In this document: positions 9,138 through 17,901 of the stretch, piece after piece
Layout of the letters: each line of letters opens with the position of its first letter
How positions within the stretch are numbered: position 1 is the stretch's first letter
IMG/VR virus record: IMGVR_UViG_3300031804_000014
Location: 1 to 25,518 of that record
Direction: 5' to 3' (one strand)
Length of the DNA stretch: 25,518 nt
DNA from: a virus
Lineage: Duplodnaviria; Caudoviricetes
Position numbers and translations under genes: made by a program
Notes under the pieces: model-generated
The model's database searches: none
What the model was told of the DNA's origin: nothing
Seen by the model: the letters and a program-made list of their open reading frames with translations, nothing else

Positions 9138-10082
9138 CTACAGATTCACATCTAATCCAGTTGTCAAATTCACATCTATATTGTCATTAAAATATTCAAA
9201 AGTTTGTGTATAACCAAAATCATCATTTGCGGTGACATCTCCTGGTCCGGGTGTAACTGTTAATCTTGATTTAATTCCCGCTGCTCCTGTTCCTGCTGAA
9301 CTAGTTTCTGTTATGAATTTCATTATTCCTGTTGCCTCAGGTGAACCCGCATCCGCATCTAAAAGTAAATAGTTAACTGAAAAATCTGTGCTATCTTCTA
9401 AAATAATATATTCTGGAACTTCTGCTTCTTCTGTAGGCATTCTAAGATTCACAATCACACTTTTGGTAACTGATCCCGACTTAATATCTGGATAGATATA
9501 TCCTTTTAGTACAAAAGTAAATGACCATATAATCTCTCTCCTTAAAGAGAGTTCACCTTCGTATGAATCTTCAACTGTAGTACTATTTAATACTATAGAA
9601 AGATCAGGCTTAACATTCATAGACGGAACTAGATTCACACTAACTGTAAACTCTGGAGTAAAAAAAGGAACAATCTGTTCAAAAATTTGTGCGCCGTCTT
9701 CTGAACTGTCCACCATTGCAGTCAAAACAAAATCAAAATTATAAGGTACAGGATTAAATTGTTTCATAAGTGTACTTGTAGACGCGGCAGTATTGGCCGC
9801 ATACACTTGACCCATTGTATTTAATTTTCTAACTCCATCATAAGTAATTCCGTTCATAATAAAACCCATTCTTGGAAGACTAGCTGCAACTCCTCCATCG
9901 GCCTGAACTGCTCTCATTCGAAGAATTAATTTGTCTTTGGCTTCGTATGAAATAGGAACTTTGATCTGTTCTGTTATAACACCAGCTGAATTTCTCCTTT
10001 GAATGTTTATATCATTAAAAAGTGTACCAAAAATTGCCACATATTTTCTAATAGTTTCATGATAATAAGTTGTTCCTAACAT
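9138..10082 (-). CDS. g15: Tail sheath stabiliser/terminator gp15
   Basis: YYHETIRKYVAIFGTLFNDINIQR, IKVPISY, LPRMGF, PVPYNFDF, QIFEQIVPFFTPEF. Confidence 0.95.
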   Translation of the reverse strand: MLGTTYYHETIRKYVAIFGTLFNDINIQRRNSAGVITEQIKVPISYEAKDKLILRMRAVQADGGVAASLPRMGFIMNGITYDGVRKLNTMGQVYAANTAASTSTLMKQFNPVPYNFDFVLTAMVDSSEDGAQIFEQIVPFFTPEFTVSVNLVPSMNVKPDLSIVLNSTTVEDSYEGELSLRREIIWSFTFVLKGYIYPDIKSGSVTKSVIVNLRMPTEEAEVPEYIILEDSTDFSVNYLLLDADAGSPEATGIMKFITETSSAGTGAAGIKSRLTVTPGPGDVTANDDFGYTQTFEYFNDNIDVNLTTGLDVNL

Positions 10083-10951
10083 TATAGACTCCCGAATGGA
10101 TTACCTTCGGTGAAATCAATAATAGCATCTGCCGCGGCTTCTATTTCTACATTACTTGCAGTCTCTTGTGTATCTGCGGCCGATGATTGAGCATCAAAAG
10201 AAGTAATAGAATAAGATGCACTAGAACTGTCACCAACAATATTTACAACTCCAGAAAAGTTACCTGTCATGTTTATGAGATTTAATAGTTTATCAGTTGC
10301 ATTCCAACTGGCCACCTCTCCTTTGACTGTAGCAGCGGCGAGTGATGCCCCCTGATAGACTTGCTCACCAACAGTATAGTTACCACTACCCGTATTCATT
10401 GTAAAATCAATCGAATAAGATTGTGCTCGTTCAATTGCATCTATATCTTCAATACCAGTATTAAGTGATTGATCAGAATAAAAGAACATCTCACATAGAA
10501 GATCATAAGTCTGTAATCCACCAGTTTGATAAAATATAGTTTCATCTTCTACAAACATTACTTGAAATAATGCTCCAGTAAGAGGAAAATAAATCAAATC
10601 TCCCCCTGCCGGTGCGGTAGCCCTTCCCTCACCCTGAACATTCAATTCCGCCCATCTGCGTCTTGCGACAGTAAAGGTAATTTGATCTTTTATTTGTATT
10701 CCAAACTTAGAAATGAAATCACCCTCACCCTCAAATCCGTCTATGGATTTAATATACATTTCAATTGTATGAGCACTATTATAAGATGCAGTATTGTCCT
10801 CACCCATTAATGTATCTTCATCATTCAATGTTCTTGGACAATAATATACATCTGTTCCAAAAGTCTGTATTGCCTCAATATTCAAATTTTCTATTAATCT
10901 TTGCTCTGGTGTATTTGTACCATGCAGATTAAAATACTGATTTGTCGCCAT
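10082..10951 (-). CDS. g14: Neck protein gp14
   Basis: EQRLIENLNIEAIQTFGTDVYYCPR, IEMYIKSIDGFEGEGDFISKFG, GDLIYFP, C-terminal IIDFTEGNPFG. Confidence 0.95.
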   Translation of the reverse strand: MATNQYFNLHGTNTPEQRLIENLNIEAIQTFGTDVYYCPRTLNDEDTLMGEDNTASYNSAHTIEMYIKSIDGFEGEGDFISKFGIQIKDQITFTVARRRWAELNVQGEGRATAPAGGDLIYFPLTGALFQVMFVEDETIFYQTGGLQTYDLLCEMFFYSDQSLNTGIEDIDAIERAQSYSIDFTMNTGSGNYTVGEQVYQGASLAAATVKGEVASWNATDKLLNLINMTGNFSGVVNIVGDSSSASYSITSFDAQSSAADTQETASNVEIEAAADAIIDFTEGNPFGSL

Positions 10952-10954
10952 TTA

Positions 10955-11965
10955 TTATCCTATTAGATGATCGATTGGTAGTTCATACCGTAGTGACATT
11001 TCTGTTTGAATGGTTTCAAGTTCTGTAGTTGCATCATCATAAAGTTGTCTTCCATTCATTGTTACTCCACCCGGCAATTGCATTCCCTCAAACTTTGTAA
11101 GATTTTGACCCCATTGTTTTTTCATCAATGCGGTATTATATCTTTTGAGAAACATATCACCCCAAATATCGGTATACGTGGCCGGATCAAGAATTTTATC
11201 TACTTCAACAACAATAAAATCATCTATGTCGGCATCTGATCCCCATGAAATATCAAGATATAGTTTGTCTGCATGTCGATTATATCTAAATGATGGCTGA
11301 CCTGTAAACATTTCATTAATCAACGCTAAATATTCTTGTGCAATTTCAAAACTTGCTAAACCACCGCTTCCCAATGAATGCATTTCAGATAGTGCAAATT
11401 GATATTTAGAGGAAAACATGGAATTAGTTCTAGAATTATCAGAAAAAGGAATAATTCTTCGAACTCCAATAATTGCTTCGGCTATCGATATGTATTTGTT
11501 ATCAAAGTCACCTATTGCGGTTGCAGTAGATGCATGAGTTGTTGCGGTTGCTGAACTTGTATTACCTGTAATAGTTTCGCCAGTAGAGAATGTTGTAGTA
11601 GTATTTGCATAAAACGTATTACCATCCCCTCCCGATTTAACTTCTGGGCCTTTATATCTTAAAGTAGTATTAGCACTATGATATGCGTGTACTGTTGCTT
11701 GAACACCACTTGTTCCACCAGTAATTATTTCACCATTTGAAAAAGTTCCAGTTGGAGCTCCCGCTAGTTTGAGAGTAGAGCCTGATATTTGATGTTTTAG
11801 AAATGTATTTTCGGTTGCATCAAAATGATATTCTTGGTAAAATTGGAGAGAATCATCGATACAATCTTCTACTTGGTCATCATCAATATTCAATTCTACT
11901 ACTGGCCATCCAAGTTTCCGTTTACAATAATCTTTAAAAGTTGTTCTAGTAGTTGGTTGTGTCAT
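10955..11965 (-). CDS. g13: Neck protein gp13
   Basis: DYCKRKLGWPVVELNIDDDQVEDCIDDSLQFYQEYHFD, KKQWGQNLTKFEGMQLPGGVTMNG. Confidence 0.96.
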   Translation of the reverse strand: MTQPTTRTTFKDYCKRKLGWPVVELNIDDDQVEDCIDDSLQFYQEYHFDATENTFLKHQISGSTLKLAGAPTGTFSNGEIITGGTSGVQATVHAYHSANTTLRYKGPEVKSGGDGNTFYANTTTTFSTGETITGNTSSATATTHASTATAIGDFDNKYISIAEAIIGVRRIIPFSDNSRTNSMFSSKYQFALSEMHSLGSGGLASFEIAQEYLALINEMFTGQPSFRYNRHADKLYLDISWGSDADIDDFIVVEVDKILDPATYTDIWGDMFLKRYNTALMKKQWGQNLTKFEGMQLPGGVTMNGRQLYDDATTELETIQTEMSLRYELPIDHLIG

Positions 11966-12306
11966 TTCGTTGCCTCTGCAGATATCGTTATAATTCCTTC
12001 GGCCAATCTTTCTACTATTGTACCACCCGATTGTGTATATTCAACATCGTAAACATAATTTCCAGGGGAAAGAGCTGCAGTCTGTGTCGCAGTCAATGAG
12101 ATTGTTACATTTGATCCTGCAACGGCGGTAGTTATAGTAGTAACATTATTTGATGAATAGTAAGATTGACGCATCTTTGCGGCACAAGTGCCTGTAGAAA
12201 TAGTGACATTCTGGCTAACAGAATTTTGTGCGTAGATTACTTTTTCAAACGTGCAACCTTGATCTAATGCAATGTTAACAGTTTGTTTTTGGAGGGTCAA
12301 TGCCAC
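11962..12306 (-). CDS. Small virion structural protein (beta-sandwich type often preceding g13 in marine T4-like phages)
   Basis: NIALDQGCTF...AAKMRQSYYSS...TISLTATQTAALSPGNYVYDVE...ERLAEGIITIS. GTG start, AGGAGA RBS, overlaps g13. Confidence 0.7.
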   Translation of the reverse strand: MALTLQKQTVNIALDQGCTFEKVIYAQNSVSQNVTISTGTCAAKMRQSYYSSNNVTTITTAVAGSNVTISLTATQTAALSPGNYVYDVEYTQSGGTIVERLAEGIITISAEATK

Positions 12307-12355
12307 AATCTTCTCCTTTTAAAATAGTATAGTGTTGATATAGTTGTTTCTATAC

Positions 12356-12363
12356 TATTTATA
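12356..12363 (-). promoter_or_regulatory. T4-type late promoter for the neck/packaging operon
   Basis: TATAAATA on minus. It overlaps one arm of an 11-bp inverted repeat (12322-12332 / 12350-12360). Confidence 0.8.
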
Positions 12364-12381
12364 TGAAAAGGAAATCTGTAG

Positions 12382-12945
12382 CTATTTTGTAACTCTATAA
12401 TTTCCTATAACTAAAACATCTATATTTGTACCCATAAAAGTTTTTATTGCGTCTTCAGGAGACTCTACTATAGGTTCACCATCAACATTAAATGATGTAT
12501 TTAATAATATAGGAACATTAGTTTTTTTGTTCCACTCGGTCAATAACTGAAAAATCGGTTTGTTTAATTCTTCAGTTACAGTTTGTATTCTAGCCGAACC
12601 GTCTACATGGATTACTGCCGGTACTTGACCTTCTTTCTCTGACAAAATTTGAGCATTAAACAACATATATGGTGAAGAATTTTTTGGAATATCAAACCAA
12701 TCGTGTATATATTCTTCTAACATGATTGGTGCATAAGGCCTCCACCCCTCCCTATGTTTCACTCTTTCATTAATATAGTCTTTATTGTCTTTAATAATTG
12801 GATTAGCTAATATAGATCTATTTCCCAAAGCTCTTGGACCAAATTCACTTTTGCCTTGAAACCATCCGATTATTTTGTTTTCCAATAAATCTTCAACAAT
12901 AAGTTGACACAATTTATTAAAATCTTCGTAATATGTGTAATTCAT
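12382..12945 (-). CDS. Carbamoyltransferase (NodU/CmcH/TobZ family), C-terminal YrdC-like domain as a separate gene
   Basis: IIGWFQGKSEFGPRALGNRSILANP, VKHREGWRPYAP, VPAVIHVDGSARIQTV, PILLNTSFNVDGEPIVESPEDA. Confidence 0.95.
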   Translation of the reverse strand: MNYTYYEDFNKLCQLIVEDLLENKIIGWFQGKSEFGPRALGNRSILANPIIKDNKDYINERVKHREGWRPYAPIMLEEYIHDWFDIPKNSSPYMLFNAQILSEKEGQVPAVIHVDGSARIQTVTEELNKPIFQLLTEWNKKTNVPILLNTSFNVDGEPIVESPEDAIKTFMGTNIDVLVIGNYRVTK

Positions 12946-12947
12946 TA

Positions 12948-13865
12948 TCAGTTCACTTGAGGTAATGTTTCTCCCATGACATTTCGTGGAGAAATGACAG
13001 GCCGATTGTCATGCATAGGTTGCATCTGTGCTGGTTCAAAATTCCAAAATATAACTTGAGAAAGTCTCTTTATATCTATTAATTCTTTAATATCAAACAA
13101 TGCTGAATGAAACATTCCGCCCATATAAGATACCATTTGATTATATTTGCCAGTAGACTCCCACAACAATTCCCACTCATCATTATTCGCGAAAATACAT
13201 TCATCATACTTTAATTCAACAGGCGCGTTTTCTAGTACTTCTTTTTTCATCCGCATTGTTGAGTTATCAATGGGTGCTCCACCTTTTTTCTCACAATCAG
13301 TTATCCAATCCGACTGTAAATCATCTTGAGGATAACCAACTAAATCAGATTTTATGTGTCTGTATATGCCTGTACCATTAGTTTCTAATTCATCATCTTT
13401 ATTTAAATAAAGTATAGAAGTAATGAGGGAAGGATCTGAATGTGGAATATAAGATTCTTTTCTTTGAGTCCCCGTCACGCCATGTTCTTTATCATTGTGA
13501 ATAATATTTACACAAAACTGATTATTATTAGTTGCTGTGTCGTATGTTATCATATCCGTCATTTCTAATTTATGTAATAATAACATAGCTAATGTATTTA
13601 AAAAATTCTCGTTTCCTATAAAATTATCAATCGTTATTCTATTACCATAATATTTTTCATAATTACAGTTTGCAAGTGGTACAGGTAATGTATTTACGAA
13701 ATCGGATATTCTGTCTGGGTCTTTATATACATCATCTATAATAACAACTGGATATTTCCCCCCACGAAAACCCCCACCATGAGGATCATCCCCACCAATC
13801 ATTTCAACGCGAACTTTCATTTTTGAACCTAATTCGAACATTGATTCATTATCGTAAAATTCCAT
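12948..13865 (-). CDS. DUF6445-like putative 2OG-Fe(II) oxygenase
   Basis: PVVIIDDVYKDPD...YYGNR...IPHSD...SILYLN...GTGIYRH...GKYNQMVSYMGGMFHSA...RLSQVIF: an HxD...H triad plus a distal Arg. Confidence 0.75.
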   Translation of the reverse strand: MEFYDNESMFELGSKMKVRVEMIGGDDPHGGGFRGGKYPVVIIDDVYKDPDRISDFVNTLPVPLANCNYEKYYGNRITIDNFIGNENFLNTLAMLLLHKLEMTDMITYDTATNNNQFCVNIIHNDKEHGVTGTQRKESYIPHSDPSLITSILYLNKDDELETNGTGIYRHIKSDLVGYPQDDLQSDWITDCEKKGGAPIDNSTMRMKKEVLENAPVELKYDECIFANNDEWELLWESTGKYNQMVSYMGGMFHSALFDIKELIDIKRLSQVIFWNFEPAQMQPMHDNRPVISPRNVMGETLPQVN

Positions 13866-13866
13866 T

Positions 13867-15132
13867 TTATTCCTTATAATTTTCTAAACAAGTTTTTATA
13901 TATTCATCACTATATGAACCACCTAAACATCCTTGATTCAATGGTAATACTAAATCTTCTTCCATCCGTGTAGCGGCCCATGCAGCTGCCCCAAAACTTA
14001 GGCCGTCATCATTAGGAGCAGTATTCACATGAACATCTTCATATATACCTTCAGAAATAATTTTAGAATTGGCTAATATATTTAATGCACATCCTCCACC
14101 AAGACATAATTTTTTAGTTTTAATTTCTTCAGGAATATTTTTAAGATATAATAACAAATATTTTTCAAAATTATATTGTAGCCAATCTGCCAAATCTTCT
14201 GGTAAATAATCTTTACTATTTTGTATTATGTGTAGTTTAGTTTCCTTATCAACCTTAATAACAGGAAAATCATCTTCAAAAATCAACTCATAGATATCTG
14301 GAGCATCTATATTTTCATGATTACCGTATGCCGACAACCCCATAATTTTACCTGGATAGGTTTCTCGTAATTTTGGATTGTCATATATATCATCTTCAAT
14401 ATTACTTTTATAATTAGTTATATCAACAAAATCGGAGAACGAATGAAGGTTCAGTACTTTCTTCATAATTTGGGTATAATTTTCGGTAACTTGATCTACA
14501 TCCTCTTCAGATGGAATTACCCCATTTACTTTCATCTCATATATCATTATAGAGTATTCTGAATAGACTCCTCCAAATGAATTTGTTCCCTCTTCGTTTA
14601 TGTAAGTATTGTTAATATTAGTAAGTGATTTATCTTTACGTGAAGCATTATAGAAAGAAGTATTATTTAACTTAGGAGCATCCCATTGTTGGTCTGGATG
14701 AAAATCACCGGCTCCATCAAATGTAAAAACATTAGCTTCTTCAAATCCTGATGTTAAGAAAGAAGCTGCGGCGTGGGCTATATGATGATCAACAGTTATT
14801 ATACGTGCATTGGGAAATAAGTTTTTTAAAGTTGTTGTTAAATATCCACGCAACTTCAATGAATAACACAATAATACCGCCCCCGCAACGTATGCTACCA
14901 CATCAACATCCTCATTTGTTAAATTATTCTCTGTCAGAATTTTTTCTATAGCATTTTCAGGATAACGCCCATCATATTTAATTCTTGTCAGTCGTTCTTC
15001 AGATAAAGCATTCTTTAATTCACCATCAACAAATAACGTAGCGCCTGATCCATGAACCCAATAATCCACATCATTAATCATGCTCCAATTACCATCCCAC
15101 CCAATAGCTCCCGCTATTCCTAATATATTCAC
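13867..15132 (-). CDS. Carbamoyltransferase (NodU/CmcH/TobZ family), N-terminal Kae1-like domain
   Basis: MNILGI, SEERLTRIK, VDHHIAHAAASF, TFDGAGD, GKIMGLSAYG, LCLGGGCALNILAN, APNDDGLSFGAA. GTG start. Confidence 0.95.
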   Translation of the reverse strand: MNILGIAGAIGWDGNWSMINDVDYWVHGSGATLFVDGELKNALSEERLTRIKYDGRYPENAIEKILTENNLTNEDVDVVAYVAGAVLLCYSLKLRGYLTTTLKNLFPNARIITVDHHIAHAAASFLTSGFEEANVFTFDGAGDFHPDQQWDAPKLNNTSFYNASRKDKSLTNINNTYINEEGTNSFGGVYSEYSIMIYEMKVNGVIPSEEDVDQVTENYTQIMKKVLNLHSFSDFVDITNYKSNIEDDIYDNPKLRETYPGKIMGLSAYGNHENIDAPDIYELIFEDDFPVIKVDKETKLHIIQNSKDYLPEDLADWLQYNFEKYLLLYLKNIPEEIKTKKLCLGGGCALNILANSKIISEGIYEDVHVNTAPNDDGLSFGAAAWAATRMEEDLVLPLNQGCLGGSYSDEYIKTCLENYKE

Positions 15133-15135
15133 AAA

Positions 15136-15750
15136 TTATCTCCAAGAGGGGCCGTATGACCATCCATTAACTGCATATCTAATTCCGCTTGTTACATCAA
15201 GTACACGGTGTTTTAAAAAAGACGGAAACATTATCATTGATCCCTGTTTACGACCATCATAATCAAGTTCGCCATGTAGAGGATCAAATTCTACCTTACC
15301 ACCCTCAAAATCTTTATCTCCGTCACTAATTACAACAACTTGAGTAAGTTTTCTTATAAGATTTAGAGTTGGTTGTGTCCACACATCATCAGTATGCCAA
15401 TCAAAATGTGGCAATGTACCAGCAGGGGCTTCAGATGGAGCGTATTTTATAACTTGTATATCAGCAAAATCGTCAGGAGTATCAACGCCTTTATATATAC
15501 TTTTATTGACCGATTTCAAATATGTGTTCATAATAACTTTTAAAGATTGCAATGCAGGTGTCGCAGCCTGAGATCTCTCGACGCTTTCTCCATTCATTGC
15601 AGTATCATTAATAAAACAATTTCTTTTGTCATGATATGTTTGACTATTCAGTAGAGCTGGCATCCATTCTAAAGTCTCGCAATCTTTTATTATTTGTTTA
15701 CACAAATCTATTGGTACAGCTTCCATATTTTCGTAAAAATATTGTTTCAT
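15136..15750 (-). CDS. 2OG-Fe(II) oxygenase (PKHD/prolyl-hydroxylase-like)
   Basis: FDWHTD, RKLT, DFEGGKVEF, GSMIMFPSFLKHRVLDVTSGIRYAVNGWSYGP. Confidence 0.92.
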   Translation of the reverse strand: MKQYFYENMEAVPIDLCKQIIKDCETLEWMPALLNSQTYHDKRNCFINDTAMNGESVERSQAATPALQSLKVIMNTYLKSVNKSIYKGVDTPDDFADIQVIKYAPSEAPAGTLPHFDWHTDDVWTQPTLNLIRKLTQVVVISDGDKDFEGGKVEFDPLHGELDYDGRKQGSMIMFPSFLKHRVLDVTSGIRYAVNGWSYGPSWR

Positions 15751-15757
15751 TTTTTGC

Positions 15758-16999
15758 CTAAGTTACTCTGTTAAATCTTTCTTCTGCATCAATTTCATTT
15801 ATTGAACTGTCATAATCTGGAACACCAAATGTTCTTTCACATTCATGACAATCATAACATTGTGATTTACAATTTAAAAGTATTCTATTCAATCTTTTAC
15901 CCTTTTCAGATAACCAAATCTCATCCTGTAAATGCATATCATGAAATTTTTGATATCTGTCAACTGTTAAGTTTGCTTCTTCACTTGTTGGTACAAGCAC
16001 TAACCATTGATCAAAAGGAACAGCATTAGTTTCATAAACATCACTAAATGATGATGAGGTTAAAGTACCAAACTGTCTCATCAATTTTACATTCTGATTT
16101 TTAATATCCTCCTCTGAATAGGTATTGTATAGCCGACCATCAAATCTACCAGAAGTTTTTAATATATCTACTCCACCCACTTTCTTATCCAAATACTGAT
16201 CCAACATTTCTTTATCAGTAGTAACCATGTCAATACCATTTCTTGGTAATTTATCCATTTCATCAGATTTCCAATTATTACATGAAAGAGATGAAAGAGC
16301 ATTATCACCACCCCAATAGTTTGCACCTATAACTGTTGATGCCATGTCATGTTCTAATTTAAAAGGACATCTATATAAACACCCTTCTGATACGAGAAGT
16401 GAAGTTTTTATTGGTCTTGGTTGTCTTTGTACTAATTTATTTATGCGCCGTAACTCTTTGATGTTTCTATTTAATGAACGATCAAGAAGTATTGTGTTAT
16501 ATCCAATTCCTATTGTATCGGCTACTTGTTGTCCATCAGATATTATATGATTTACAGTATTCTTCCACTTCATCTTAGGACATCGATTTTGTAATTTCAT
16601 TGTCCTCATCAAATGTTTGGAAGAGATAGTACAACTTCTTAATCCTTTATCATAATATCCCCCAATCCATTCTACAAACTCATCTTGTAATGCTTGGTCT
16701 AAAATTAATTCATCCGGCCAAACTGTTTGATTTATTGTAAGAGAAACTTCAACTCCAAATTCCTCTTGTATACGGAGAAGATTATCTATGTGTTCATCAG
16801 TTGCTTCCTGTCCCATAGCATTACCAAGAAACTTACGTTGTCTCCTATACGTATAATAAAAGTTTTTGCCAAAGTATATATCTTCTATTTCATCCAAAAT
16901 AGATTTTGGAGTATTCTTAAAAATTAGATAATAATGATTTGGACAATTTTCCATATCTTTTTCAGGATGTGCAATCGAAAATCTTTTTGTAAAATCCAT
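15758..16999 (-). CDS. Peptidase U32-family Fe-S protein (probable hydroxylase/tailoring enzyme)
   Basis: LDRSLNRNIKELRRI, LLVSEGCLYRCPFKLEH, SCNNW, ILKTSGR and a C-terminal CKSQCYDCHEC cluster. Confidence 0.78.
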   Translation of the reverse strand: MDFTKRFSIAHPEKDMENCPNHYYLIFKNTPKSILDEIEDIYFGKNFYYTYRRQRKFLGNAMGQEATDEHIDNLLRIQEEFGVEVSLTINQTVWPDELILDQALQDEFVEWIGGYYDKGLRSCTISSKHLMRTMKLQNRCPKMKWKNTVNHIISDGQQVADTIGIGYNTILLDRSLNRNIKELRRINKLVQRQPRPIKTSLLVSEGCLYRCPFKLEHDMASTVIGANYWGGDNALSSLSCNNWKSDEMDKLPRNGIDMVTTDKEMLDQYLDKKVGGVDILKTSGRFDGRLYNTYSEEDIKNQNVKLMRQFGTLTSSSFSDVYETNAVPFDQWLVLVPTSEEANLTVDRYQKFHDMHLQDEIWLSEKGKRLNRILLNCKSQCYDCHECERTFGVPDYDSSINEIDAEERFNRVT

Positions 17000-17901
17000 T
17001 ATTCTCCTTGAATATAATTCATATATGTTTCAATAGGTAAAATAGTAGGGGCGCCTTTTAACCAATTATCTTTTTCTTGTTGTATTTTAGGATCATCTGT
17101 ACGCCAAACGATATTGTTATTTAAAAATTCGTATAAGATTATATGATTCCATCTAAGATCGTTGTCATCGACCATGTGAATTAGTTCTTGAGTAAACTGT
17201 GTAGTTACATCAGCAAAATATATATTTTGAATAATACGATAATTTTCTCTTTCCTTTTGTCTCTTATAATCTACTGCATGATGAAACTGTCCATTGAACA
17301 TAATAAAAGTATTGGGCTCCCCATCTGTATGATATACTTCAGTATAATATTTATCTAAATAATTTTCATAATCTTGAGAGGTTTCAGGTTTTCCACTAGG
17401 AACACTAGTTAAGTTTGGTAACTCCTCTCCGTTATATTGATAAAATGATGTTCCACATCCGCCAGACAAATAAATTTGGCCGTTTACAAAATCGTCGCGA
17501 TGTGGGGGAACACAATTATTAGTTTCTTGTTCAGCTTTTTCGAATATTTCAGGAGTTATTATAGTAAATATTCCTAAAGAATCTAAGTTATTAGTGGTAG
17601 GCGGAAAAGGCATTGCCGTTTCCCTTACAATCTTCCTACCTACTTGAGTAGAAATATACTCTAACATACAATCATCAATATTAGCAATAGGAGCAAACGC
17701 TCTTATTATATTTTGCATTTGAATTATACTTTTATGATCAGTATAATTACAAGATTCTACGTATGTAAGAACATCAACTATATTTTCATAATAATTTTCT
17801 ACTTCAACAATCCAATTATCATTATCAAAATATTCAATATAAAGATCTTCTTCTGTATAAGAAGTTTTAAATATTTCAGAAAGATCATGTATTGTAATCA
17901 T
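16999..17901 (-). CDS. Second DUF6445-like putative 2OG-Fe(II) oxygenase with a C-terminal extension
   Basis: IVEVENYYEN...PPHRD...GQIYLSGGCGTSFY...NTFIMFNGQFHHA...YRIIQNIYF. Confidence 0.62.
   Translation of the reverse strand: MITIHDLSEIFKTSYTEEDLYIEYFDNDNWIVEVENYYENIVDVLTYVESCNYTDHKSIIQMQNIIRAFAPIANIDDCMLEYISTQVGRKIVRETAMPFPPTTNNLDSLGIFTIITPEIFEKAEQETNNCVPPHRDDFVNGQIYLSGGCGTSFYQYNGEELPNLTSVPSGKPETSQDYENYLDKYYTEVYHTDGEPNTFIMFNGQFHHAVDYKRQKERENYRIIQNIYFADVTTQFTQELIHMVDDNDLRWNHIILYEFLNNNIVWRTDDPKIQQEKDNWLKGAPTILPIETYMNYIQGE

Noticed and set aside
12946-13866. Intron or intein interrupting the carbamoyltransferase
   Set aside because: The insert is filled end to end by an oxygenase-like ORF with no room for a ribozyme core. 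It has no endonuclease, RT or intein motifs, and each part has its own start and stop.
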